From positions 32,001-96,000 of the forward strand of contig JBCCXZ010000002.1 in assembly GCA_039190745.1 (NCBI GenBank): a stretch of 64,000 bases of DNA, in the 5' to 3' direction. The position numbers were made by a program, and so were the translations under genes. The notes under the pieces are model-generated. The model was not told the DNA's origin and searched no databases. It saw nothing but the letters and a program-made list of their open reading frames with translations. Shown here piece by piece: positions 1 to 9,789 of this stretch. This stretch comes from Planctomycetota bacterium. Its GTDB lineage: Bacteria; Planctomycetota; Planctomycetia; Pirellulales; Lacipirellulaceae. Each line of letters starts with the position of its first letter. Position 1 is the stretch's first letter.

Positions 1-1158
1 CGCAGACTCCACCCCTGCTTTACTTGAGCTCTTGCAATCCAATTCAGGGAAAGCTCTACGCAACTCCTGGATCTGCTTCTTCAATTGAATTCCATTGCTC
101 TTGTTCTCCTCGATCTCGTTGTAGAGTGTGCTATTCTCATCCACCTTGTTACCCAGCTCTTCTGTTGCTGATCCCAATGCAGCTTCCTTGCACTTGATCA
201 GCTTCTCAGTATCTTTGATTTCGGAAGCGAGCTTCTTTCTTCCTGCCATGATCTCGCAACGAGTACGCACCTTCCAAGTCTTTTGCTCCACCATCTTCAC
301 CATGGGCAGGCGGAGCTGGTCAACAAGGTCGTTGATAACCAAGTTTCGGAAAGTGGTCGGCAGCAGGTCGTCGCTCAGTACTGGCTCGGCCGTGATGGTG
401 ATCTCGGCCCCCCAACCCTTGCGGGTGAGCTTACCGGGGAGGACCGAGACGGGCATCCGGACTAGGTTGAGCGCGTAGCCTGGCGAGTCACTCGTATCGT
501 CGCCTTCGTTAATGCGGCGTAGCTCGTGCAAGTGATTCACGTAGCGTGAGAGCTGGTCGAGGTAGACCGTGGGTTCTACGTCGATTTTCTCGCCCCCTGC
601 AAAGCGGCTGAGGTCGAGTTGCGCCTTGCTGGGACTGGTGCCATCAAGATCCTGACGAAGGGCCTGCAGGTCTTCGGTGAACGGAACCAGACTCTGCTGG
701 ACAACCTTGGTCTCGACTTCAGTTTCGGGGTTGGTCGTTGTGGTCTCTTTGGTGGAAGTGGCGTTGCCTAATGCCACCGCCGCTGAGGCGAACGACTGGT
801 CCGACTGGCGGATCGCGGCGTTGAGCTTGAACTCGAACTGGTTCAGTTCCTGGTAGAGGATCCGCTCGTATTCGTCCCGGTGCTTGGTGAGCCGGGCTTC
901 GCCCCAGATGTCGGGCTGCTTGGCGACCACCGAGCCGTACTTGTCGATGTGGTGCTCGAGCCAGTCGATGTTCTCGGCGAGCTGCTCGACCGCGCCGTCT
1001 TTGCAGGTGGCCGGCTCGGTGCCGTGGTATTCCTTCTCCTGGGCGAGGCGGACGACGCGGCCGAAGAAGTGGTCGGCGCGGCAGTCGGTCGCCAGCAGGG
1101 TCTGGAGCGTGAAGCTCAACAGCAGCAGTTGAGTCGTGGTCTCGCGGATTCGGCGCAT
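1..1158 (-). CDS. Hypothetical secreted protein (5' part only; runs off the window start)
   Basis: Not in the ORF track because it has no stop inside the window. ATG at 1158 gives MRRIRETTTQLLLLSFTLQTLLATDCRA-DHFFGRV...QLAENIDWLEHHIDKYGSVVAKQPDIWGEARLTKHR, with a signal-peptide-like N-terminus. No stop codon in the stretches I read in frame down to position 1. Confidence 0.8.
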   Translation of the reverse strand, partial: MRRIRETTTQLLLLSFTLQTLLATDCRADHFFGRVVRLAQEKEYHGTEPATCKDGAVEQLAENIDWLEHHIDKYGSVVAKQPDIWGEARLTKHRDEYERILYQELNQFEFKLNAAIRQSDQSFASAAVALGNATSTKETTTTNPETEVETKVVQQSLVPFTEDLQALRQDLDGTSPSKAQLDLSRFAGGEKIDVEPTVYLDQLSRYVNHLHELRRINEGDDTSDSPGYALNLVRMPVSVLPGKLTRKGWGAEITITAEPVLSDDLLPTTFRNLVINDLVDQLRLPMVKMVEQKTWKVRTRCEIMAGRKKLASEIKDTEKLIKCKEAALGSATEELGNKVDENSTLYNEIEENKSNGIQLKKQIQELRRAFPELDCKSSSKAGVESA

Positions 1159-1470
1159 CTCTTCTCTCCAGTTTTGAAGTCCGAGGGCGGGTCCGTGGTC
1201 GGATTGGAATTGGTCGTTTGACGCTTGGGCGGTTTGTACCGGTTGCGCGGCGGCCGTTGATTGCGGCGAGCCGGCAAAGCCAGAAGGTGGCTCGCCACCA
1301 TTTGGTACAAGGGCAGGTATCGGAAACCGAGTAACGGTTTCATTCGGCAAACGCCGAATCTTCATCACAAGAGAAGTGATCACCCCAACCCGCAAAAAAG
1401 AAGTGCGGGTCAGGTAAACCAGGTCGACGGAATGGCCGGATCGAGGGTGCCGATCGGACGGTGATGGTGG

Positions 1471-1971
1471 CTAGCCGTCGATGGCGGGCCTCTCACGGTC
1501 GGGCGTGCTGTCGACGACTTGTGCATCGACGACGACCGATCTCGGCCCGGCTTGGCTACCGTAGACGTGCGTCTCGCCGGAGGCGTCGGTCCATGCCGCC
1601 GTGGTCGACACTTGGACGCTGCTCGAGAACCAGCGGCGGATCAGGCGGCGGACGAGCGTCCGGACGGGCGGCAGCAGCAGCGACAGGCCGACCGCGTCGG
1701 TGAGCACGCCGGGGGTGACCAGCAGCAGGCCCGCGGCGAGGATGAGCACGCCGTCGAACACTGCGGCTGCTGGGAGCATCCCCTGCTTCATCTCCGACTG
1801 GATCCGGGACATCGCCTGCCAGCCCTGCCAGCGGGCGAGCGAGGCGCCGGCGAAGCCGGTAAGGATCACCAGCGCGAAGGTGTTGAACGCGCCGAGCCGC
1901 TCGCCGATCTGCAGCAGCAGCCACAACTCGACAAACGGGACGACGGTAAACAGCAGGAGCAGAAGGGGCAT
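1471..1971 (-). CDS. fxsA: FxsA family membrane protein
   Basis: PFVELWLLLQIG, LARWQG and LLLVTPGVLTDAVGL motifs; hydrophobic helices. Confidence 0.9.
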   Translation of the reverse strand: MPLLLLLFTVVPFVELWLLLQIGERLGAFNTFALVILTGFAGASLARWQGWQAMSRIQSEMKQGMLPAAAVFDGVLILAAGLLLVTPGVLTDAVGLSLLLPPVRTLVRRLIRRWFSSSVQVSTTAAWTDASGETHVYGSQAGPRSVVVDAQVVDSTPDRERPAIDG

Positions 1972-2058
1972 GCGTGGTTCCGGCGGGGGCGGGGATCTGC
2001 CTTAAGTCTCGCGGGTGCGGGCCGGGCGGCAAGGGCAGTTGCAGCCGTGAGAAATAAA

Positions 2059-2074
2059 GTGTATACATGTTCAC
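2059..2074. promoter_or_regulatory. Imperfect palindromic operator, candidate SOS/LexA-type box
   Basis: GTGTATACATGTTCAC in an AT-rich patch 2 nt before the radical SAM ATG. Confidence 0.45.
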
Positions 2075-2076
2075 AT

Positions 2077-3177
2077 ATGTTGTTTCGCCCCGACAACCGC
2101 CCGCCCGGAGACCTGATCCGAGGCCGCGGCGCCCAGTCCCGGCCAGCGAACCCGCACCTACGGACCAACCTTGAGGCCGATCTTGAACAGGTAGCCGGAG
2201 ACGACGAGTACCTGGCGGAGCTGGGCAAACCGCCCACGGTGTACCTCAGCGACGAGTCGCAGTCGCTGGTTACGGAGAACCGGAGCCCGGACATCAACTT
2301 CCGCTACAGCGTGAACCCCTACCGGGGGTGCAGCCACGGGTGCAGCTATTGCTACGCGCGGCCGACGCACGAGTACCTGGGGATGAACGCGGGGCTCGAC
2401 TTCGAGACGCGGGTGCTGGTGAAGCACCGGGCGCCGCAGCTGTTTCGGCGGTGGCTGGCCCGGCCGTGTTGGGCGCCCGAGCCGATCGCGTTCTCGGGGG
2501 TGACCGACTGCTACCAACCCGCCGAGCGTGAGTTCCGGCTGACGCGGGGCTGTTTGGAGGTAGCACTCGAGTGCCGGCAGCCGGTGATGGTCATTACCAA
2601 GAATGCGCTCGTTGTGCGCGACCTGGACCTGCTAGGGGAGTTGGCCAATTGGCGGCTGGCCAAGGTCGCGGTGAGCGTCACCACGCTCGATGATGCGCTG
2701 GCGCGTGACATGGAACCCCGCACGAGCAGCCCGCCGGCACGGCTGCGGGCGATCGGCGAGCTCGCCGCGGCGGGCGTGCCGACGATGGTGATGGTCGCCC
2801 CGGTGATCCCGGGGCTGAACGATTCGGAGATACCCGCGATTCTTGAGGCGGCCGCCGAAGCAGGGGCCCGCGGTGCTTCCTACGTGCTGCTGCGACTGCC
2901 GACGACCGTGGAGCCGGTGTTCATGGACTGGCTCCGCCGGGCGCGTCCGAACTTCACCTCGCGGGTGGAGCACCACGTGCGCTCGACCCGCGGCGGCCAG
3001 ATGTACCAGAGTCGGTTCGGGCTGCGCGGCCGTGGGAGCGGCCCGATGGCCGAGCAGATCGCCCAGGCGTTCGGAGTGTTTGCCAAGCGGTACGGGCTGG
3101 CTGGGGAAACGGCGCCCCTGGACTGCAGCCTGTTCCAACCGCCCTCGTCCGGTCCGGGGCAGCGGATGATGTTCTAA
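2077..3177 (+). CDS. PA0069-family (SplB-like) radical SAM protein
   Basis: SVNPYRGCSHGCSYCYARPTHEY (CxxxCxxC), SGVTDCYQPAE and MEPRTSSP motifs. Start trimmed to ATG 2077 because the longer ORF overlaps fxsA. Confidence 0.9.
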   Translation: MLFRPDNRPPGDLIRGRGAQSRPANPHLRTNLEADLEQVAGDDEYLAELGKPPTVYLSDESQSLVTENRSPDINFRYSVNPYRGCSHGCSYCYARPTHEYLGMNAGLDFETRVLVKHRAPQLFRRWLARPCWAPEPIAFSGVTDCYQPAEREFRLTRGCLEVALECRQPVMVITKNALVVRDLDLLGELANWRLAKVAVSVTTLDDALARDMEPRTSSPPARLRAIGELAAAGVPTMVMVAPVIPGLNDSEIPAILEAAAEAGARGASYVLLRLPTTVEPVFMDWLRRARPNFTSRVEHHVRSTRGGQMYQSRFGLRGRGSGPMAEQIAQAFGVFAKRYGLAGETAPLDCSLFQPPSSGPGQRMMF

Positions 3178-3345
3178 GCGGATGTTGTTTTTTGATTCGG
3201 GGTAGTGCTAGCAGATCGGCCGGCCTTGACCGGCGATGGCGATCGGCCTATTCCGTCCCAATGCGGCCGGATAGGTCTGGCCGCTGTAACGCGATCACCG
3301 CCGCCCGAACACCGACCGCCGCGCTCCGCGCCCGGCCCCATCGCC

Positions 3346-4536
3346 ATGACTACGACGCCCGCTGCCCCGTCCCGACCCAAGGTCCCGCTGCTGGACATCA
3401 AGCGGCAAAACGCCCCGCTTGAAGCGGAGATCGACCAAGCTATTGCGGAGGTCTGCCGCTCAGGCGCCTTCGTGCAGGGGCCCGCCTGCCGTGAGTTCGA
3501 GGAGGCGGTCGCCGACTACTGCGGCACGCTGCACGCGGTGGGCTGCGCTTCGGGCAGCGACGCGCTGCTGCTGGCCTTGATGGCCGTGGGCGTCGGCCCG
3601 GGCGACGAGGTGATTGTGCCGAGCTTCACGTTCTTCGCCACGGCCGGCTCGGTCTGGAGGTTGGGCGCCAAGCCAGTGTTTGCGGACATCGAGCCGGAAA
3701 CGTTCAACATCGACCCGGACGACGTTGCACGGAAGCTCACCCCGGCAACCAAAGCGATCATGCCGGTCCACCTCTTCGGGCAGTGCGCCGACATGGAGCG
3801 ACTCAAGGAGGTCGCCGGAGACCTGCCGATCCTGGAGGACGCTGCGCAGTCGATCGGGGCGGAGTTCCAGGGCCGGCGGGCGGGTTCGCTGGGCACGATG
3901 GGCTGCTTCTCGTTCTACCCGACAAAGAACCTCGGCGGCTTCGGCGACGGCGGAATGATCACCACCGACGACGACCAGCTCGCCGCGCAGCTCCGTGTGC
4001 TCCGCAACCACGGCCAACACCCGCAGTACTACCACAGCACGGTCGGCCTCAACAGTCGATTGGACGCGATCCAGGCAGCAGTCCTGAGCGTGAAGCTACG
4101 GCGCCTCGACGATTACGCCGCGGGCCGGCAGCGCCACGCTGAGGGGTATGCCGAGGCCTTCAAGGGACTCGGCGACTCGGTCATCGCGCCGGCGGTTGCC
4201 GACGGGTGCGTGAGCGTCTGGAATCAGTACACCGTCCGCGCCACAAGGGGCACGCGTGACGCGCTGAAGACTCACCTCGACTCCTGCGGGGTGGGGGCGG
4301 CCATCTACTACCCAGTCCCGCTGCACTTGCAGGACTGCTTCTCGGGGCTCGGTTACGAAACGGGCAGCCTGCCCGAGACCGAGCGGGCTGCCGACGAAGT
4401 GCTAAGCCTGCCGATCTTTGGTGAGCTCACCGCCGACGAGCACTCGCGAGTCGTCGCAGCTGTGAAAGAGTTCGCCGTGCGGGACGCCGGCACTCCCGAG
4501 CCCGACGGCCTTGGCCTCGACGAGCTTGCCGCGTAG
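3346..4536 (+). CDS. DegT/DnrJ/EryC1/StrS family PLP-dependent aminotransferase
   Basis: GPGDEVIVPSFTFFATA, EDAAQSIG, FSFYPTKNLGGFGDGG (PLP Lys) and NSRLDAIQAA motifs. Confidence 0.93.
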   Translation: MTTTPAAPSRPKVPLLDIKRQNAPLEAEIDQAIAEVCRSGAFVQGPACREFEEAVADYCGTLHAVGCASGSDALLLALMAVGVGPGDEVIVPSFTFFATAGSVWRLGAKPVFADIEPETFNIDPDDVARKLTPATKAIMPVHLFGQCADMERLKEVAGDLPILEDAAQSIGAEFQGRRAGSLGTMGCFSFYPTKNLGGFGDGGMITTDDDQLAAQLRVLRNHGQHPQYYHSTVGLNSRLDAIQAAVLSVKLRRLDDYAAGRQRHAEGYAEAFKGLGDSVIAPAVADGCVSVWNQYTVRATRGTRDALKTHLDSCGVGAAIYYPVPLHLQDCFSGLGYETGSLPETERAADEVLSLPIFGELTADEHSRVVAAVKEFAVRDAGTPEPDGLGLDELAA

Positions 4537-4698
4537 GGCGCTCCCAGGCCTAAGCCTGTTTGTGACGCTTGAAATCACGCTTGCGCCCGCTGGGCCTGAG
4601 GGCGGCGAGCGATCCTAAAATGAAGCAGAGCAGGATAATTCCCCAAGCCATGGGTGTTCCTCACAAGGTTGCGGTTAGCTGACAGACGTCTGGCCCGG

Positions 4699-5397
4699 TC
4701 AGCGGAGCGGGAAGAGAGGGGCGTCGCCGACGTTCTCTTCGATGAATTGCTGGATCGCCGTTTCCTGGTTGGCAAGCGTCTTCTCGACCGACTCGAGCAC
4801 GCGCCCATCGGCGTAGGCGTGGGCGAACCAGGGGGCGTCGGTCATGATCTCCTGCAGCAGCGATAACGTCACGCGGGTGGTCTTGGTTTCCGGGTCGCGT
4901 TCGAAGCGCGTGCCCATCTGGTATTCCAGCAGCCGCTCGGCGGGCTCTCGCAGGTCGACCTTCGAGTCGAGGCTGTCGGGCACAATCTCGACCCGTTGGT
5001 CGAGCGTCACAATGTGCTCACCAATGTAGTCGTCCTTCGTGCGAACCTTCAGCACGCCCTTGAGTTCGAGCCGCCAGTCGGGGTCGCTGGAGACGACGTT
5101 CTTGAGCAGGGCAGCGCCGAGGTTGTCGCTGTCGGTGCTGGCCGCCCCGTCGTCCCACTGCTGGTCGACGAACTCGCTGCCGCCGCCCATGGCGATAATC
5201 TGTTTAGCGCCGTCTTTGCGGACGAGCGTCTTGCGGACCTTGGTGAAGTCGTGCTCAATCATAAAAGTGCGCTCGGCGGATTGGGTCGTCGCGTACTGGC
5301 TGGGGACCACGAAGGCGCTGACGACGAGCCCGCCGAACATGAGCAGGGGGAAGCCCAGGAACCAGAACAGGATGATGGCCTTGCGTGGGAGCGGCAT
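4699..5397 (-). CDS. Hypothetical protein with N-terminal membrane anchor
   Basis: 232-aa ORF with coding-like composition and an N-terminal hydrophobic helix. Confidence 0.75.
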   Translation of the reverse strand: MPLPRKAIILFWFLGFPLLMFGGLVVSAFVVPSQYATTQSAERTFMIEHDFTKVRKTLVRKDGAKQIIAMGGGSEFVDQQWDDGAASTDSDNLGAALLKNVVSSDPDWRLELKGVLKVRTKDDYIGEHIVTLDQRVEIVPDSLDSKVDLREPAERLLEYQMGTRFERDPETKTTRVTLSLLQEIMTDAPWFAHAYADGRVLESVEKTLANQETAIQQFIEENVGDAPLFPLR

Positions 5398-5514
5398 GAT
5401 CTGAATCGGACGCAGCGGCGAATGGGCAAAAGTACTACTCTAACCCGCCTGGTCTGGGCCTGCCACAGACCCGGGGAAACGGCTCTCGGCTGTTAGGGCA
5501 GCGCTCTCGGGCGG

Positions 5515-6033
5515 TCAGCCAGTTGCGACCAGGCCGAGCAGCTCTGCGAAAGGGCGGGCCGCCTGCCGAAACACGGGCGTCGGCATCCGGACGGTCTGCC
5601 AGCGTTTGGAGAGTGGGCGGGCAAAGCGGACGTAGTCGGCCACCCGGACGCCCAGGAACGCGTAGCGCCGCTGCTCAAAGGCGTGGAGCTGATCGGCCCG
5701 GAGTGGCGCTCGTTCGCCGACCACATGGTAGGCAAACACGAGCAGCGCGCAGCTCGCGGGCCCGAGCTTCTCTTGCCAAGCCGCCAGGCCCCGGAGGTCG
5801 TCCCAGGTGGACCAGTTCCGCCAGTACTGAGGGTTGGCGGATCCAGAAGGGAACCTGCGTCCCTTCACGTCTAGCGGTAACGGGGTCGCGTCGGAGGGCG
5901 AGACGATGAAGTCGACGTTCTTCAGCGAGCCGTGGGCGTCGAGGCTCCGCCGTGTTTCGTCGACCGCCACGTAAGGGACCCGGTGGGCGCGGAGGTACGC
6001 TTCGAATGCCCGCTCGTAGTGGTTGGTGCGCAC
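5515..6033 (-). CDS. HYExAFE family protein, putative PD-(D/E)xK-fold protein
   Basis: GTG start gives MRTNHYERAFEAYLRAHRVPYVAVDE; also contains NVDFIV...LDVKGRRF. Confidence 0.85.
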   Translation of the reverse strand: MRTNHYERAFEAYLRAHRVPYVAVDETRRSLDAHGSLKNVDFIVSPSDATPLPLDVKGRRFPSGSANPQYWRNWSTWDDLRGLAAWQEKLGPASCALLVFAYHVVGERAPLRADQLHAFEQRRYAFLGVRVADYVRFARPLSKRWQTVRMPTPVFRQAARPFAELLGLVATG

Positions 6034-6146
6034 GTTGCAGTCGCCTCGCCGTGCCAGGGTTTCGCCGGGGCAGCTGGCTGCCGCCCGGGCGGATTCTGGC
6101 GCGCGGCGGTCAGGGCGTCCAGCCGGGCGAACACCCCAAACGGGCG

Positions 6147-6665
6147 TTACAGCAACGCCTTCAGCGCGGCTTGGGCCGCCTCGTAGTCCGGCTCCTCGGC
6201 CACCTCGGTGACGTACTCCGCGTGCGTCACCTTGCCTTCGGCGTCGAGGACGAAGATCGAGCGGGCAAGGATCTTCAGCTCCTCGATGAGCGTGCCCCAG
6301 TTGTTGCCAAACGTGCGGTCCTGGTAGTCGCTCGCCGGGCGGATGTTGGTGATGTTCTCTGCGCCGCAGAAGCGGTTCATGGCAAAGGGCAGGTCGAGGC
6401 TGACGGTCACCGCGTTGATCTGGTCGCCCAGCTCGCCGAGGGCCTCGTTGAACTTCTTGGTCTGCGTCTGGCAAACCGGCGTGTCGAGCGAGGGCACGAC
6501 GCTGAGGATCGTCGGCTTGCCCTTCAGGTCGGCGGGCGTGAGCTCCTGCATGCCGCCCTCGAAGTAGTGGAGCTTGAAGTCGGGGGCGCTTTGGCCGGCC
6601 GAGACGGCCTCGCCGGCGAGGGTCATCGGGTTGCCTTTGAACGTAACCGCTCCTGGACGCGACAT
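6147..6665 (-). CDS. tpx: Thiol peroxidase (atypical 2-Cys peroxiredoxin)
   Basis: VTFKGNP, SVVPSLDTPVC, SLDLPFAMNRFCG and EPDYEAA motifs. Confidence 0.95.
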   Translation of the reverse strand: MSRPGAVTFKGNPMTLAGEAVSAGQSAPDFKLHYFEGGMQELTPADLKGKPTILSVVPSLDTPVCQTQTKKFNEALGELGDQINAVTVSLDLPFAMNRFCGAENITNIRPASDYQDRTFGNNWGTLIEELKILARSIFVLDAEGKVTHAEYVTEVAEEPDYEAAQAALKALL

Positions 6666-6771
6666 GCGGGGGTCTCCTCGCCTGGGGTGTGCTTTGCTTG
6701 GCGGCGTCTGCGCTCTGCCGAGCGCCGCTCGCCGGCCGTGGCCCCGCAGTATGGGGGATTGCCGGCGGCTT

Positions 6772-7323
6772 TCAAGGGCCCGCGGCGTCTAGGTCGCCGA
6801 GGGCGGCCCGGTAGCAATGCTCGAACAGCAGCGCCCACTCGAGCCGCTGGGTCTCGACGCACCGCTCGGCGCCGCGGCCGCCGGCGGCCGCGGCTTCGCA
6901 GGCGTCGACGAACTCGGCGGGCGACCAACGCGGGTCGCCGCACGCAGCGGCAACCGCGGCAAAGACTGGGTGGTCGCCGCCGACGCGGCGGAACCAGTAC
7001 TTAGCGTTGGAGTAGTCGCCCTCGCGGCGGTGCATCACGCCGTGCCAGTAGCTGCCGTCGGGGGTTGAGACCCCCTGGCTGATGCTGTGGGACTCGTCCA
7101 GGTAACTGTGCAGCAGCCAAACGCCGGCGAGGCAGCAGTCGGCTGCGTCGTCGTCCACCAATAGAGCGTGGCCGAACGCGGCCTCGCGAGAGAGCGACCG
7201 GAGCGCACCCTGGACCGCACCATTGGGCGTGCCGGCGTCGAGCGGCATCGACGCGGCCGAATGGATGATCGGCGTGAAAACCGGCCCGTAGTCGTTGCCG
7301 TGCGTTAGGTCGGTGGCCGAGAT
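6772..7323 (-). CDS. Conserved hypothetical protein with HRREGDYxNAxYW motif; start uncertain (ATG 7248 or ATC 7323)
   Basis: LDESHSISQ...SYWHGVMHRREGDYSNAKYWFRRVG. The frame stays open upstream of ATG 7248, and AGGAG lies 7 nt before the in-frame ATC at 7323. Confidence 0.75.
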   Translation of the reverse strand: MSATDLTHGNDYGPVFTPIIHSAASMPLDAGTPNGAVQGALRSLSREAAFGHALLVDDDAADCCLAGVWLLHSYLDESHSISQGVSTPDGSYWHGVMHRREGDYSNAKYWFRRVGGDHPVFAAVAAACGDPRWSPAEFVDACEAAAAGGRGAERCVETQRLEWALLFEHCYRAALGDLDAAGP

Positions 7324-7409
7324 GGCGGTTCTCCTCGCGAAAGCCTGTGCCCTGGAGAGGCAGTGCGCCCTCGGGAGAGTGTCCCCGGCCGGGTTGCCGG
7401 CGGCAAGCC

Positions 7410-9626
7410 TTAGCGTCGCTGGCTGCCTCCGGCAGCAGAGCGACTGGCGACGTCGACCCTCTTAGCCGGCAAAGAGCGGCCCAGCTCGCCATACATGAAC
7501 GCCAGGTTGCCGTAGGGCACGTCGACGGCCTCGGGCTCAAGCAGGCCGCCCTCGACGGCGTTCTCGACTAGGCGGAGCCCCGCCTCGGTGAGCTCGGTGG
7601 CCCGCTCCTGCTGGCCGGTCTGCCAGAACGAGACGCCCATGCTGACGAGGGCCTCGCCGTGGCGGCTCGGGGTGGCGATGGTCGTGACGGGCATCGGGTT
7701 GAGCAGGTAGTCTGCCGCGCGGTCGTACCACTGGCAGGCGGCCTCGTGGTCGTCGAAGTGAACGGCGTAGACCGCGCCCATGTGGAAGTAGAGCTCGCCC
7801 AGCACGTAGGCGGTGTCCGGCAGCTCGTCGCGGGTGTCGGCTACGGCCGAGAGCTTCTCGTCGGCGAGCCGCCCCAAGCGGAAAGCCTCGTCGGGGACGC
7901 CCCGCGAGTACTCGATCTGGGCCGCCAAGAAGTAGACCATGCCGAGGTCCCAAGCGGTCTGGCGGAGGAGCTGCTCGTCTTCGGTAGTCGTGGCGATCTG
8001 CTGGGCGGCCGACTCGGCCTCCTCGACCCACAGGGCGGGGTCGATCAGCGGCTCTAGGCGCCGCGCCGCGGCGAGCGACGTGCGGGCCACGCTGAGGCGT
8101 TCACCGAGGTGGTCGCGGTTGCCTTCGATCATGTGCTCGACGAGGGCCGACGCCCGCGAGACCCACTGGGCGACCGACTCGTTCTTGCCCGACCAGTCGC
8201 CCCGGGCGATCTCGGCCGCGATCGCGAGGTGGGCTTCGGCGAGCAGTTGTTCGGCGGCAACCCGGACGCCGTCGGAGCCGGCGGTCGCGAGTTTGTCGGC
8301 GATGGCGATGGCTTTGTTGTGAAGGCCCACCGACTGCTGGGCGAGCTTCTCAGGGCCGAACGAAGCCAACCGGCCCATCTCGTACAAGGCTTGGGCCCGC
8401 ACAATCGGCTCGACGTCGGACTCTTCCAGCAGCCCGCGGACGAGCTTGACCGCGACGTCGTAGCGAGCCAGCTCCCGCAGGCAGCGGGCCTGCTGCAGAC
8501 GGTGTGCGGCGTTGGCCGGGTCGATCTCGGCGGCCTCAGCCGCGAGGCGCTCGGCCTCGATGGCTTGACCGCAAGCGAGCTTCGTCTCTGAGAGGAGCAG
8601 CCTGGCGATGGTCGAGTTCGGGTCCAATAGGAGGGCCTGCTCCAGATCCGCGATCCGTTCGGAGGGACGCAGCAGAGACGTCTCTTGAGCGCGGAGCAGG
8701 AAGCCGTCCGCCTTGATCGGCTGGATCACGATCGCCGAAACCTGCGCGTCGAAGGCCCCGGCCAGCGGGTTCACCTCAACAGCGTCGGGCAATTCGCCGA
8801 ACGCCGGGTCCTGGAGCAGCTTCATCACCACGCCGCGTTCCGGGTAGATAAAGGCCGCCGGCAGCCCTTCGCCGTCTTGGACCTCAGCGATGCGGACGCC
8901 AGTAAGGCCGAGCGCCCCAGAGAGCTGCGAAGCGGTAAGCGGTTCCTCCAAAGCGACGACGATGTTCTCCAACAGGTCGCCGGAGAAGATCAGCCGGACA
9001 GCGCGGAAGTCGTCCATCTCGTAGTCGAGCTGTGAGCCGTCGGCGGAGGTAGTGACGGCGGGGCCCCACTGGGTTTCAGTTTCTGTGCGAGTCGAAACCC
9101 CCGGGAGCAGGCCGCGGAAGCTGATGGCTTCGAGGACGTCCTCGTCCGCGCGTTCGTCGGAGCTTTCCTCTGCGGTCACGTAGTCGGTGCCGGGCCCCTC
9201 GTCGGAACTAGCTTCCGCCGCGTCTGGGGTTGGTGGTACGGGATCGCTCGTCGGCGCAGGCGGCACGACGGTCTCAACCGTGGTCATGGCCAGTTGCTCC
9301 TGGCCGTGGTCGCCGGCGTCGATCTGCCCAGCGTTGTGATCACTGGCGGCGATCTCACTGGCATCATCACTGGCGTCGATGGCCCTGACGGCGTCGGACG
9401 CCTGAATCGCGTACGCGGATCCGTCGGGGGATTGGGTGATCAGGTCGGTACTGGTAACGACCGCGGGCTCGGCGTCCGATGCGTAGACGATCGGGTCGGG
9501 CAGGCCGACGCCATTCTCCTCGGCCAAAGCAGGGCAAGCGTGCGAGGCTAGCAGAGCCGCCAGAGCGATCGCGCCTTTGAGGGGGCCCGTCCAAGTACAG
9601 CCTCTCGAAGAGTCGTGGCCTGTCAT
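7410..9626 (-). CDS. Secreted TPR-like repeat protein
   Basis: Signal peptide (…CPALA), acidic linker, then Ala/Leu-rich helical repeats (ALLLDPNS, AAEIDPAN). Confidence 0.85.
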   Translation of the reverse strand: MTGHDSSRGCTWTGPLKGAIALAALLASHACPALAEENGVGLPDPIVYASDAEPAVVTSTDLITQSPDGSAYAIQASDAVRAIDASDDASEIAASDHNAGQIDAGDHGQEQLAMTTVETVVPPAPTSDPVPPTPDAAEASSDEGPGTDYVTAEESSDERADEDVLEAISFRGLLPGVSTRTETETQWGPAVTTSADGSQLDYEMDDFRAVRLIFSGDLLENIVVALEEPLTASQLSGALGLTGVRIAEVQDGEGLPAAFIYPERGVVMKLLQDPAFGELPDAVEVNPLAGAFDAQVSAIVIQPIKADGFLLRAQETSLLRPSERIADLEQALLLDPNSTIARLLLSETKLACGQAIEAERLAAEAAEIDPANAAHRLQQARCLRELARYDVAVKLVRGLLEESDVEPIVRAQALYEMGRLASFGPEKLAQQSVGLHNKAIAIADKLATAGSDGVRVAAEQLLAEAHLAIAAEIARGDWSGKNESVAQWVSRASALVEHMIEGNRDHLGERLSVARTSLAAARRLEPLIDPALWVEEAESAAQQIATTTEDEQLLRQTAWDLGMVYFLAAQIEYSRGVPDEAFRLGRLADEKLSAVADTRDELPDTAYVLGELYFHMGAVYAVHFDDHEAACQWYDRAADYLLNPMPVTTIATPSRHGEALVSMGVSFWQTGQQERATELTEAGLRLVENAVEGGLLEPEAVDVPYGNLAFMYGELGRSLPAKRVDVASRSAAGGSQRR

Positions 9627-9789
9627 CGCGGATTCCTTGAGTAGATCGCAGGGCGGCCAAGACCGCCGGCGCAGCTCCGTGAGTGTTCTCCCATCGTGCT
9701 GTATCGGTTGGGGCGACTTTACGCGTTACACCAATCAGCGAGGCGGCGCGGATTTGTGCGAAGTCGCGGCCCGCTAGCGGTGCACGCTG

